Below are positions 18,833-30,468 of a stretch of 64,000 bases of DNA, one piece after another. Source of the stretch: Beutenbergiaceae bacterium (GTDB lineage: Bacteria > Actinomycetota > Actinomycetes > Actinomycetales > Beutenbergiaceae). How positions within the stretch are numbered: the stretch's first letter is position 1; each line of letters starts with the position of its first letter. Made by a program: the position numbers and the translations under genes. The DNA is taken from assembly GCA_035302405.1 (NCBI GenBank), contig DATGSR010000064.1, positions 21,464 through 85,463 of the forward strand, given 5' to 3'. The notes beneath the pieces are model-generated. The model did not search any database. It was not told where the DNA came from and saw only the letters and a list, made by a program, of their open reading frames with translations.

Positions 18833-19855
18833 TCAGCGAACGTCGATCCCACTGCCGGCGGTAGTGTGACCGATCACCGGATACCCCGGGACTTCCCCCA
18901 CCACCAGCAGACCTCCTGAGGTCTGTGCGTCGGCCAAGAGCAGCAGGTCCTCCCCATCTACTCCCGGTGCGGCACGCACATGTTCCCGCACCCAGTCCAG
19001 GTTGCGCCGGGTGCCTCCGGAGATGAACCCGTCGCGCAACGCGGCCGCCGCACCATCGACCAACGGGACCGCGGCGAAGTCGATCACCGCCCCCACGCCC
19101 GAGGCCCGGCACATCTTGTACAAGTGGCCCAGCAGACCGAATCCGGTGACGTCGGTGGCTGCTCGCACCCCGGCTGCTTGTGCCGCTTCGGCTGCCTCGC
19201 GGTTCAGCGTCGTCATCACCTGGACCGCCTCGTGGAAAACCTCCCCGGTGGCCTTGTGCCGGTTGTTGAGCAATCCCACACCCAAGGGCTTGGTCAGCGT
19301 CAGCGGTAGTCCCGGTTCGGCCGCGTCGTTGCGCAATAACGCTTCTGGTCGCGCGGTACCAGTGACCGCCATCCCGTACTTGGGTTCGGGGTCGTCCACC
19401 GAGTGGCCACCCAGTACCGGGCAGCCGGCCTGCGTGGCGACATCCTGGCCGCCTCGCAGCACCTCGGTGAGAAGTTCCATCGGCAACTGTTCCCGTGGCC
19501 AACCAACCAGATTGATCGCAACCACCGGGCGCCCGCCCATGGCATAGATGTCAGATAGCGCATTCGCTGCGGCGATACGACCCCAGTCATAAGCGCTATC
19601 GACAACCGGGGTGAAGAAGTCCGCGGTTGATAGCACCGCGACGTCGTCCGCAATCCGGACAGCAGCGGCGTCGTCGCCGTCCTGCACCCCCACAATCACA
19701 TCCTCGCCATGCTGCCCGGCCAGAGCGGCGACCACCCCTTCCAGTTCCCCGGGCGGTATCTTGCACGCACAACCGCCGCCGTGAGCCATCCCCGTCAGAC
19801 GAGGTTGGGCGACTCCCTCGGCGAGGGCCGATCCTGCAACGCTGGAGGAAACCAT
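18833..19855 (-). CDS. selD: Selenide, water dikinase (Cys form)
   Basis: AHGGGCACKIP, DFFTPVVD, AANALSDIYAMG, DVTGFGLLGHL, DAQTSGGLL. Confidence 0.96.
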   Translation of the reverse strand: MVSSSVAGSALAEGVAQPRLTGMAHGGGCACKIPPGELEGVVAALAGQHGEDVIVGVQDGDDAAAVRIADDVAVLSTADFFTPVVDSAYDWGRIAAANALSDIYAMGGRPVVAINLVGWPREQLPMELLTEVLRGGQDVATQAGCPVLGGHSVDDPEPKYGMAVTGTARPEALLRNDAAEPGLPLTLTKPLGVGLLNNRHKATGEVFHEAVQVMTTLNREAAEAAQAAGVRAATDVTGFGLLGHLYKMCRASGVGAVIDFAAVPLVDGAAAALRDGFISGGTRRNLDWVREHVRAAPGVDGEDLLLLADAQTSGGLLVVGEVPGYPVIGHTTAGSGIDVR

Positions 19856-19976
19856 GGGCCGAGTCTAGGAAGGCGGTGCCATGCCCGCCACCAATGCGGA
19901 GCACGGATTCGCTGCTAGGAGTATTTCTCCGCAGGTGCGCTGCCAGCCTTCGGGTTCGCCCACCTTTCGGTCTCCC

Positions 19977-20150
19977 GAGCCTGAGCTCCCCCGGGGACGC
20001 GAGCAAGCACTCCCGGTACACAAAGCCTGCACACCCCCGGTGCGTGGGCCTGCACTCCCGGTACGCGGAGCCTGCACTCCCCCGCTACCTGAGCCTGCAC
20101 TCCCCGCTACGTGAGCCCGCACGCCCCCGCTACCTGAGCCTGCACGCCCT
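19977..20150. repeat. About 21-24-bp degenerate tandem repeat (about 8 copies) between selD and selC
   Basis: Recurrent GAGCCTGCACTCCCC(G)...TAC units. Confidence 0.85.
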
Positions 20151-20222
20151 CCGGTTGCAATCCTGTACTCGCGGCTCCCCCCCTTTCGTGTCGCCCACGG
20201 CGGATGGGGCTAATGTGGCGGT

Positions 20223-20314
20223 GGAGGTGTCTGGGTCCTGGTGGTCCCCGCGGTCTTCAAAACCGTCGAGACCGAGCATCTCGGTCTGGCGGGTTCGATT
20301 CCCGTCCACCTCCG
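20223..20314 (+). tRNA. selC: tRNA-Sec, anticodon UCA
   Basis: Acceptor GGAGGTG/CACCTCC plus G discriminator; anticodon arm GCGGT-CTTCAAA-ACCGT; long variable arm AGACCGAG/CTCGGTCT; T arm GCGGG-TTCGATT-CCCGT; directly upstream of selA. Confidence 0.95.
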
Positions 20315-20349
20315 CTACCGGTCCACCGCAGTGCCTGGAGGAATCGATC

Positions 20350-21729
20350 GTGACCGACGACGACCCGCGCCGGAGGATCCCGCGCACCGACGCCGTCACC
20401 GCGTTACCGCAGGTCCGGGAGGCCGCCCAGGGGCTGAGCCAGCGTGTGCTCACTTCCCTCGTCCGCCAGGCACAGGAAAAGGCCCGCCGGGGCACGATTC
20501 AGCCTGAAGAAGTGGTGAACGAAACACTGGCGGCAGTCCGCCACTTTCGCGCCTGGTCGATGCGGCCGGTACTGAACGCCACCGGCATCATCATCCACAC
20601 CAACTTGGGACGCGCCCCGCTGTCCGACGCCGCGCGGGAGGCGGTGGCCGAGGCCGCCGGCTATGTGGATCTGGAGATGGACCTGGCCAGCGGTGCCCGC
20701 GCCCGCAGGGGCGCCGGGGCGCACGCTGCGCTGCTTTCCGCCTGCCCCGAAGCCGAGGACGCGTTACTCGTCAATAACGGGGCAGGCGCCCTGGTGCTGG
20801 CCACCACCGCCCTGGCCGGCGCTGCTGAGGTGGTGGTGTCCCGTGGCGAGATGGTCGAGATCGGCGCCGGTTTCCGGCTATCGGAGTTAGTGGCCTCCAC
20901 CGGCGCCCGGGTGCGGGAGGTGGGCGCCACCAACCGCACTCATCTGGCCGACTACGAAGCAGCGGTACGTCCAGGCATAGGCTGCGTACTGAAGGTGCAC
21001 CCGAGCAACTACTGGGTCTCCGGATTCACTGCTGCGGTGTCAGTCGGCGAGTTGAGCCGGCTATGCCGTGCCCGTCAGGTGCCCCTCGTCGTCGACGTCG
21101 GCAGCGGCCTGCTCACCCCCGACGAGGTGCTACCCGCCGAACCCGACATTGCCGGCGCCTTGCGGGCCGGGGCCGATGTGGTGCTGGCCAGCGGTGACAA
21201 GTTGCTGGGCGGTCCGCAAGCCGGCTTACTCCTCGGTCGTGCCGATCTGATCAATCAACTCGCGCGGCACCCGCTGGCCCGTGCGGTGCGCGCCGACAAA
21301 CTCACATTGGCTGCGATGGAGGCGACCCTGCACGGCGGCCCGACCCCGGTACAGCAGGCCCTGCACGTCGATCCGGATCGACTGCGTGCTCGCACGGCAG
21401 CACTGGGCGCCGAGTTGGACGTCGCCGTCGTACCCCACGAAGGGCGGGTCGGGGGAGGCGGCGGGGCCGGAGTTCCCTTGCCCGGGTGGGCACTTCACCT
21501 GCCCACCGCGCTCGCCGCGCCGCTACGGACCGGCTCCCCCGCGGTGCTCACCCGCGTCCACGACGGGGCATGTCTGTTGGACCTGCGCTGCATCCCGGAG
21601 TCGCAGGATCAATCCGTTCTCCATGCGGTGCAACAGGCCCTCGAGCAACAGCCGGCGCACGTCGGCGCCACCGCAGCGACTCACTGTGCCCCGGCGCGCA
21701 CCGATTCGGCCGCGCGGCGGGGAGGGTGA
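20350..21729 (+). CDS. selA: L-seryl-tRNA(Sec) selenium transferase
   Basis: VLNATGIIIHTNLGRAPL, VSRGEMVEIG, EVGATNRTH, SGDKLLGGPQAG (PLP lysine); GTG 20350 after GGAGG. Confidence 0.96.
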   Translation: MTDDDPRRRIPRTDAVTALPQVREAAQGLSQRVLTSLVRQAQEKARRGTIQPEEVVNETLAAVRHFRAWSMRPVLNATGIIIHTNLGRAPLSDAAREAVAEAAGYVDLEMDLASGARARRGAGAHAALLSACPEAEDALLVNNGAGALVLATTALAGAAEVVVSRGEMVEIGAGFRLSELVASTGARVREVGATNRTHLADYEAAVRPGIGCVLKVHPSNYWVSGFTAAVSVGELSRLCRARQVPLVVDVGSGLLTPDEVLPAEPDIAGALRAGADVVLASGDKLLGGPQAGLLLGRADLINQLARHPLARAVRADKLTLAAMEATLHGGPTPVQQALHVDPDRLRARTAALGAELDVAVVPHEGRVGGGGGAGVPLPGWALHLPTALAAPLRTGSPAVLTRVHDGACLLDLRCIPESQDQSVLHAVQQALEQQPAHVGATAATHCAPARTDSAARRGG

Positions 21730-21730
21730 G

Positions 21731-23524
21731 ATGGCTGTCGTTGCCACCGCCGGGCATGTGGACCACGGCAAATCCACGCTGGTGCGTGCCTTAACCGGCA
21801 TCGAACCGGACCGGTGGGCGCACGAGCGCCAACGGGGCCTGACCATCGATTTGGGCTTCGCCTGGATGGAGTTGCCCTCCGGTCGTGAAGTTTCGTTCGT
21901 CGATGTGCCCGGCCATGAACGATTCGTGGCCAACATGTTGGCCGGCTTGGGCCCCGCGCCGGTGGTGTGCTTCGTGGTGGCCGCCGATGAAGGATGGGCG
22001 GCTCAGTCGGCGGATCACCGGGACGCCATCGAGGCGCTGAGCATCGATACCGGCGTCGTCGTCCTCACCAAAACCGATCTGGCTCCCCACCGGGTGCCGG
22101 AAGTGCGCGAGCAAGTCCGGTCCGAACTATCCGGCACGGGTTTGGCCCGCGCCCCGATCATTCCGGTGTCGGCCGCCACCGGGGCGGGGCTGCCGGAGTT
22201 CGTGGAAGTGCTGGATGAAATTCTCCGTAAGGAGCCCGCGCCAGCCACGGGCCCGGTCCGGATGTGGGTGGATCGCTCCTTCGCGGTGGCAGGAGCGGGA
22301 ACGGTGATCACCGGCACGCTCGCCCACGGCCGTGTGGCGCCGGCGGACGTTATGGAACTCAGCACGCCACATGGTCGGCATCGGATCACGGTGCGCAGCC
22401 TGCAAACCCATCAGCAGCGCGTGACGGAAATCGCGCCGGTAAGCCGGGCCGCGGTGAATGTCCGCGGTATCGCCAGCCAGGACGTGAGTCGAGGGGATGC
22501 GTTGCTCACTCCCGGTGCGTGGTGGCACTCCGAGACCATCGATGTCCGCCGCGCCTCGGGAACGGGTCTGGACCAAATGTCCCGGACCGTCAGCGTCCAC
22601 GTCGGCACAGCAGCAGTCACCGCACGAATCCGGCCCTTCGACGCCGAGCACGCCCGCCTCCAACTGCGCCGGCCCCTACCGTTGCGGGTGGGTGACCGCG
22701 CCGTGCTGCGCGACAGCACGCCGGCTTTGGTGGCCGGAGGGGTCATCGTCCTCGACGTTGACCCACCGGCACTAACCCGCCGAGGTGCGGGGCGACGGCG
22801 GGCACGCACCTTGGCGCGAATGGGGCCCGGGCAGGACGCCGAGCACCTGTCGATCGAAGTCACTCGGCGGGGCGGTGCCCAGGTCAGCATGCTGTCCCGG
22901 ATGGGATTGCGGGTACCTGAGGAGATGCCCGCTCCGCTGCGCCGGTACGGCGATTGGGTGCTGGACGACGACGCGGTCCAGCGTTGGGCGGAGCGTCTGA
23001 AAGCTGTGGTGGAGGAGCATGTACGGACCGACCCCCTCAGCCAGGGTTTGACCGATGGGGCTGCTGTGGACGCCTTGGACTTGACCGATCCGGCGTTGCT
23101 ATCAGCGGTAGTGGAAGCCAGCGAGATGCGCCAGGTCGCCGGTCGCATCCTCCCCGCTGCCGCACGAACGGATCTTGGTTCCGCGGAGTCGGCGGTCCGG
23201 GACCTGGAACAGCGGCTACGTGAACACCCGTTCCAGGCACCGGAAGCATCCGAGTTGGCACAGTTGGACCTCCGCGGTAAGGAGTTGGCGGCGGCGGAGC
23301 GGCAAGGCCGGTTGCTGCGGTTGACGGACACGGTCGTGCTCCTGCCCTCGGCACCGGCCCAGGCCATGGTCGTCCTGGCGGCACTCGAGCAACCGTTCAC
23401 CACCAGCTCCGCGCGCCAGGCACTTGGCACCACTCGACGGACCGCCGTCCCGCTGCTGGAGCACCTGGACACGCGCGGCTGGACCCGGTCGATCGCGCCG
23501 GGAAAGCGAATCGTGGTGCGGTGA
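21731..23524 (+). CDS. selB: Selenocysteine-specific elongation factor
   Basis: TAGHVDHGKSTLV, RGLTIDLGF, DVPGHERF, TKTD; C-terminal winged-helix region ARQALGTTRRTAVPLLEHLD. Confidence 0.96.
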   Translation: MAVVATAGHVDHGKSTLVRALTGIEPDRWAHERQRGLTIDLGFAWMELPSGREVSFVDVPGHERFVANMLAGLGPAPVVCFVVAADEGWAAQSADHRDAIEALSIDTGVVVLTKTDLAPHRVPEVREQVRSELSGTGLARAPIIPVSAATGAGLPEFVEVLDEILRKEPAPATGPVRMWVDRSFAVAGAGTVITGTLAHGRVAPADVMELSTPHGRHRITVRSLQTHQQRVTEIAPVSRAAVNVRGIASQDVSRGDALLTPGAWWHSETIDVRRASGTGLDQMSRTVSVHVGTAAVTARIRPFDAEHARLQLRRPLPLRVGDRAVLRDSTPALVAGGVIVLDVDPPALTRRGAGRRRARTLARMGPGQDAEHLSIEVTRRGGAQVSMLSRMGLRVPEEMPAPLRRYGDWVLDDDAVQRWAERLKAVVEEHVRTDPLSQGLTDGAAVDALDLTDPALLSAVVEASEMRQVAGRILPAAARTDLGSAESAVRDLEQRLREHPFQAPEASELAQLDLRGKELAAAERQGRLLRLTDTVVLLPSAPAQAMVVLAALEQPFTTSSARQALGTTRRTAVPLLEHLDTRGWTRSIAPGKRIVVR

Positions 23525-23544
23525 TTGCCGCGCAGGGACCCTAC

Positions 23545-24417
23545 TTAGTGGATCTCGGCCACGCGGTCCGGTGACGGCGCCGGCTGTAGCCGATGCGCGC
23601 CGGTGTAGACGTTGAGTCGTTCGTCCCGGTTGAACCCGATCACCGTTAGCCCTAGTTCCTTCGCTGTTTCCACCGCCAACGCCGACGGCGCCGAAACCGC
23701 CGACAGCACCGGGATCCCGGCCATCGCCGCCTTCTGCACCAGTTCGAACGACGCCCGTCCCGACACCTGCAGCACCGCGCCGGTCAAAGGCAGTTCACCG
23801 GTTCTCAGGGCCCAGCCCACCACCTTGTCCACCGCGTTGTGCCGGCCCACATCCTCCCGGACACACCGCAGTTGCAGCGCGCCGGAGGCATCCGGGACGA
23901 AGATCGCGGCCGCATGGGTGCCGCCGGTGCGCTGGAACACTTCCTGCCGCTCGCGCAGGCGTTCCGGCAGCGCCGCTATCTGGTCGGGATGGAAGGTGTG
24001 GTGGTCCGCTTCCACCGGGTAAGCCGAAGTCTTTCGGACCGCATCGATCGAAGCGGTCCCGCACACACCACAACTGGAGGTGGTGTAGACGTGCCGGGTG
24101 AGATCCGGCGTCGGTACTCCCGCTGCCAGATGCACATTCAACACGTTGTAGTCTCGCTGGCCCTGCGGGGTCACACCGCTGTATTCCATCTGGTGAACGT
24201 GGTCGGGGCGCCAGATCACACCCTCCGACACCAGGAAGCCTGCGACCAACTCGACGTCTGCTCCGGGGGTTCGCATCGTCACCGAGAACGAGGAGCCATC
24301 CAGTTGGATCTCCAGCGGCTCCTCCCCGGCCAACTGGTCAACCCGCTTCCGCCGCTCGCCTTCCCGGTCGAGTCGCAGCACGGGCCAGCGCCGGGAGATC
24401 CGTGCCATGGTGCTCAC
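23545..24417 (-). CDS. fdhD: Formate dehydrogenase accessory sulfurtransferase
   Basis: GEEPLEI, TMRTPG, SSCGVCG, REDVGRHNAVDKVVG, SGRASFELVQK. Confidence 0.95.
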   Translation of the reverse strand: MSTMARISRRWPVLRLDREGERRKRVDQLAGEEPLEIQLDGSSFSVTMRTPGADVELVAGFLVSEGVIWRPDHVHQMEYSGVTPQGQRDYNVLNVHLAAGVPTPDLTRHVYTTSSCGVCGTASIDAVRKTSAYPVEADHHTFHPDQIAALPERLRERQEVFQRTGGTHAAAIFVPDASGALQLRCVREDVGRHNAVDKVVGWALRTGELPLTGAVLQVSGRASFELVQKAAMAGIPVLSAVSAPSALAVETAKELGLTVIGFNRDERLNVYTGAHRLQPAPSPDRVAEIH

Positions 24418-24510
24418 CTGTCGTCGTCGAAGACTCGCCTGCGCCTCGAAGTCTACGGTCCGAGGCGTCGCACCGCACGGACATCACCTCACCCGGCCCG
24501 TGGGAATCAC

Positions 24511-24858
24511 TCAGCGTCCGCGGCGGGCGCGCAGGGCGGCCAGAGCCTCTTCCAGCAACGCCTCGCCGTCCTCCTCGGTACGGCGTTCCTTCACGTAGGC
24601 AAGGTGGGTTTTGTAAGGCTCGTTACGCGGGGCCGCAGGGGGGTTGTTCTTGTCCTGCCCGGCGGGCAGTCCGCACCGCGGACAGTCCCAGGTCTCCGGA
24701 ATCTCGATGCCGGGTTCCTCGGCGAAACTGGGCCGAGTCTCGTGCCCGGCCTCGCACCAGTAGGAGACGTACACCCGGGGTGCAGCCTCACCACGTTCGG
24801 CTTCTCCCATCGGGCCCGCGCCGACGCGTGAACCCCGGATCGCACTACCACCTACCAC
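24511..24858 (-). CDS. RbpA-family RNA polymerase-binding protein
   Basis: AIRGSRVG, YWCEAGHET, WDCPRCG, KTHLAYVKERR; usual position after secG. Confidence 0.88.
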   Translation of the reverse strand: MVGGSAIRGSRVGAGPMGEAERGEAAPRVYVSYWCEAGHETRPSFAEEPGIEIPETWDCPRCGLPAGQDKNNPPAAPRNEPYKTHLAYVKERRTEEDGEALLEEALAALRARRGR

Positions 24859-24868
24859 GAAGCAACTC

Positions 24869-25114
24869 CTAGATCGCGAACTTCTGGACCAGACCCAGCA
24901 GCACGATGACCGTGCCCCAGATCAGGGCAACACCAATAGTGATCCGGTTGAGGTTGCGCTCGGCCACCCCGGAGGAACCCAACGAGTTGGAGACCCCGCC
25001 GCCGAACATGTCCGACAGCCCTCCTCCTCGGCCCTTGTGCATGAGGATGGACAAGATCAGCAGGGCGCTGGTGAGCACCAGCAGCACCTCCAGCACAATG
25101 CGAAGTGCATCCAC
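24869..25114 (-). CDS. secG: Preprotein translocase subunit SecG
   Basis: ILMHKGRGGGLSDMFGGG...AERNLNRIT, two transmembrane helices. Confidence 0.95.
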   Translation of the reverse strand: MDALRIVLEVLLVLTSALLILSILMHKGRGGGLSDMFGGGVSNSLGSSGVAERNLNRITIGVALIWGTVIVLLGLVQKFAI

Positions 25115-25243
25115 CTACGAACATCCTCCACGTTAAACGGGCGCGACCACACGCGCGGTCGCCGGGCACCAGCACGAGTTTACGCGATGAATGCTGGTGC
25201 GGGGTACTACCGAATCCGGCAGGTCACCGGAACTCGCCGGAAT

Positions 25244-26041
25244 TTACAGCCCCACCTCGTGGGACTGATAACGCACGATCGCTGCGAACTCCTCGGCATC
25301 GAGGCTGGCTCCGCCCACGAGTGCCCCATCGACATCGTCCTGCGCCATTATCGCGGCGACGTTGTTCGCTTTGACCGAGCCGCCGTAGAGCACCCGCACG
25401 CCGGCGGCAACCTCATCGGAGTACAGTTCCCGCACCCGGCCACGGATTGCGCCGCAGACCTCCTGCGCGTCCTCCGGGGTGGCGACTTCGCCGGTACCGA
25501 TCGCCCATACCGGCTCGTATGCGATCACGCTGGTTGCCACCGATTCGGCGTCCAGACCAGCCAAGGCCTCCTCGACCTGCGCCAACGTGTGCGGCACCTG
25601 TTGCCCCTCTTGGCGCACCTGCAGTCCCTCGCCCACGCAGATGATCGGCGTGAGGCCGTGCTGGATCGCTGCCTTGGCCTTCGCGTTCACCAGCGCATCG
25701 TCCTCGCTGTGGTGTTCACGCCGCTCGGAGTGACCCACGATCACATACGAGACTCCCAACCTGGCGAGCATCGCGGCGGATACTTCGCCGGTATAGGCGC
25801 CATGCTCGTGGGCGGAGACGTCCTGAGCGCCGACCTTGATCTGCAACTTGTCGGCGTCGATGAGCGTTTGGACCGAACGTAGGTCGGTGAACGGTGCGCA
25901 GACCGCCACCTCCACGGCGTCGTAGTCGTGTTTGGCGTCATCGAGGGACCAAGCGAGTTTCTGCACCAGGTGGGTGGCCTCGTGGTGGTCCAGGTTCATC
26001 TTCCAGTTGCCCGCCATCAGCGGGGTGCGCGCATGCGCCAT
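25244..26041 (-). CDS. tpiA: Triosephosphate isomerase
   Basis: [31 protein letters not shown]. Confidence 0.98.
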   Translation of the reverse strand: MAHARTPLMAGNWKMNLDHHEATHLVQKLAWSLDDAKHDYDAVEVAVCAPFTDLRSVQTLIDADKLQIKVGAQDVSAHEHGAYTGEVSAAMLARLGVSYVIVGHSERREHHSEDDALVNAKAKAAIQHGLTPIICVGEGLQVRQEGQQVPHTLAQVEEALAGLDAESVATSVIAYEPVWAIGTGEVATPEDAQEVCGAIRGRVRELYSDEVAAGVRVLYGGSVKANNVAAIMAQDDVDGALVGGASLDAEEFAAIVRYQSHEVGL

Positions 26042-26075
26042 GGATCTACCCTTTCTGGGCTGGTCGAATCGGATG

Positions 26076-27275
26076 TCAGCGGGTGAGCACGGCGATGCCG
26101 GGCAGGGTCTTGCCCTCGAGGAACTCCAGGGATGCGCCCCCGCCGGTGGAGATGTGGGAGAAGCCGTTCTCGTCGAAGCCTAGGGTTCGAACCGCGGCGG
26201 CGGAGTCCCCGCCGCCGACGATAGTGAACCCTCCGGCAGCGGTCGCATCCATCATCGCCTGTGCCACCGCTTTGGTGCCCCCGGCGTAGGCGGGGAACTC
26301 GGACACACCCATCGGTCCGTTCCACACCACCGTGCGGGCCTGCTCGATCTCGGCTGCGAACTCTTCCCCCGAACGCGGGCCGATGTCCATGCCGATCTGA
26401 TCCGACGGGATGGCATCGGCAGCGACCACTGTGGGCGGGGCGTCTGCGGAGAACTCCGGTCCCACGACCACGTCGGTGGGCAGGAGGATTCGTACGCCCC
26501 GTTCGGCCGCGGTATCCAGGTAGCCCTTGACGGTGTCGATCTGGTCGGACTCCAGCAGGGACTTGCCCACCTGGTGGCCCTGGGCGGCGAGGAAGGTGAA
26601 CACCATCCCACCGCCGATGAGCAACGCGTCCGCCTTGGTCAACAGATTCTCGATTACGCCGAGTTTGTCCGAGACCTTGGAACCTCCGAGCACGACGACG
26701 TAGGGCCGGGCCGGGTCCTGTGTCGCCTTGGTCAGGGCCTCGATCTCGCGTCGGACCAACTCACCCATCGCGCTCGGCAACTTCGTGGCGACGTCGTACA
26801 CGCTCGCCTGCTTGCGGTGGACCACCCCGAAGCCGTCGGAAACGAAGAAGTCGGCCAGGGCAGCCAGGTCCGCGGCCATGTCCTGCCGTTCGGCTTCGTC
26901 CTTGGCGGTCTCGCGGGGATCGAAGCGCACGTTCTCCAGCAACACGACCTCACCCGGTCCCGCGGCGGCCACCGCGTCGGCAGCACCTTGGCCGACCACG
27001 TCCGGGGCCAGGGTGACGTCCTGGTCGAGCAGTTCGCCCAGCCGGTGTGCCACGGGCGCCAAGGAGTAAGCGGGATCGACCTGGCCCTTGGGCCGGCCCA
27101 GGTGAGCGGTGAGGATCACCACCGCCCCGGACCCCACCAGGCGGGTAATCGTCGGTAGGGCGGCGCGGATGCGCCCGTCGTCGGTGATGGTGGACCCGTC
27201 CAGCGGGACGTTGAAGTCCGCCCGGACCAGGACCCTCTTGCCGCGCAGGTCGCCGAGGTCCTCGATGGTGCTCAT
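26076..27275 (-). CDS. pgk: Phosphoglycerate kinase
   Basis: [38 protein letters not shown]. Confidence 0.98.
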   Translation of the reverse strand: MSTIEDLGDLRGKRVLVRADFNVPLDGSTITDDGRIRAALPTITRLVGSGAVVILTAHLGRPKGQVDPAYSLAPVAHRLGELLDQDVTLAPDVVGQGAADAVAAAGPGEVVLLENVRFDPRETAKDEAERQDMAADLAALADFFVSDGFGVVHRKQASVYDVATKLPSAMGELVRREIEALTKATQDPARPYVVVLGGSKVSDKLGVIENLLTKADALLIGGGMVFTFLAAQGHQVGKSLLESDQIDTVKGYLDTAAERGVRILLPTDVVVGPEFSADAPPTVVAADAIPSDQIGMDIGPRSGEEFAAEIEQARTVVWNGPMGVSEFPAYAGGTKAVAQAMMDATAAGGFTIVGGGDSAAAVRTLGFDENGFSHISTGGGASLEFLEGKTLPGIAVLTR

Positions 27276-27297
27276 TGCCTCTCCTTCAGGTCATGCG

Positions 27298-27332
27298 AAC
27301 CGCGCCCGCGCGCGTGGCGCACGGGCGCGGTT
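27298..27332 (-). terminator. 16-bp stem-loop between gap and pgk (partial terminator or mRNA stabiliser)
   Basis: Minus strand AACCGCGCCCGTGCGC-CAC-GCGCGCGGGCGCGGTT. Confidence 0.7.
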
Positions 27333-27344
27333 GTCGAGGTTGCC

Positions 27345-29455
<2,111 letters not shown>

Positions 29456-29472
29456 GACTTTCATCCTGCCAC

Positions 29473-30468
29473 TCATCCGGACCTCTCCCCTACGTCCCCA
29501 AGGTATCGATCGAAGGCATCCCGGTACGCGGCGGCCAACCGGAGCGGATCGTGGTAGAACCCGCCGTCGCCCTGGCCAACCTGGCGCAGCAATAGCCGGG
29601 CTCCGATGTCACGTGTATGGGCTCGCAATTCGTCCAGGTCCTCGATGGCGGTCGGGTCGGCAATCACTGTTTCCAGGTTCAGCGTCGGCGCATAGGAGTG
29701 TAGCGAGCGCAGATGGTCGGCGGCGGTGTACCCGTCGGTCTCGCCCTTCTGCGGGCTGAGGTTGAGCGTCAACGTGATGTTGGCCTCTGCCAGCGCCTCG
29801 GCGATCTCCGGCACCAGGAGATGCGGCATGACCGAGGTGAACCATGACCCGGGGCCCAGCACCACGCAATCGGCCCTCCGGATCGCCTCGACCGCTTCGG
29901 GGCATGCCGGCGGGTCGTCGGGGACCAGTCTCACCCGCTCCACCTTTCCCGAGGTCACCGCAACCCGGGACTGGCCGCGCACCAGGGCGTGCTGCCCGTT
30001 CGGGAGGGTCACGTCCGCTTGGATCTCCAGCGGCACCGCGGCCATGGGCAGCACCCTGCCGTCCGCGCCGAGCAATTTGCCTACCCAGTCCAGGCCGGCC
30101 ACCTCGTCGCCGAGCAGTTCCCACAGCGACACGATCAGCAGATTGCCCAGCGCGTGCCCGTCCAAGGGGCCGGAGGAGGAGAAGCGGTGCTGCAGCACCT
30201 CCGACCAGGTGTGCCCCCAGTCCGACTCGTCACACAGAGCGGACAGGGCCATCCGCAGGTCCCCCGGCGGAAGCACACCCAGTTCTTGGCGCAACCGGCC
30301 CGAGGAGCCGCCGTCGTCGGCCACGGTCACTACGGCGGTGACGTCGTGCGTCACGAGCCGCAACGCCCGCAAAGTGGCCGCCAAGCCGTGGCCCCCGCCC
30401 AGGGCGACCACCCTCAACGGGGCCTCCCGGCGGCGCAGGCCCCGGGGTGCTGGTGCGGGATCGATCAT
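29473..30468 (-). CDS. yvcK: YvcK/GlmR family UDP-GlcNAc-binding protein
   Basis: [42 protein letters not shown]. Confidence 0.94.
   Translation of the reverse strand: MIDPAPAPRGLRRREAPLRVVALGGGHGLAATLRALRLVTHDVTAVVTVADDGGSSGRLRQELGVLPPGDLRMALSALCDESDWGHTWSEVLQHRFSSSGPLDGHALGNLLIVSLWELLGDEVAGLDWVGKLLGADGRVLPMAAVPLEIQADVTLPNGQHALVRGQSRVAVTSGKVERVRLVPDDPPACPEAVEAIRRADCVVLGPGSWFTSVMPHLLVPEIAEALAEANITLTLNLSPQKGETDGYTAADHLRSLHSYAPTLNLETVIADPTAIEDLDELRAHTRDIGARLLLRQVGQGDGGFYHDPLRLAAAYRDAFDRYLGDVGERSG

Noticed and set aside
19760-19785. Selenocysteine-containing SelD
   Set aside because: The active-site motif reads GGGCACK with Cys codons and no in-frame TGA.
20223-20314. Non-canonical anticodon tRNA-Sec, or selC as an integration site
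   Set aside because: The anticodon is the standard UCA; I saw no duplicated tRNA 3' end and no integrase nearby.
19627-20349. 241-aa N-terminal extension of SelA in the ORF track
   Set aside because: It spans the selD start, the repeat array and tRNA-Sec; the real start is GTG 20350 with an SD sequence.
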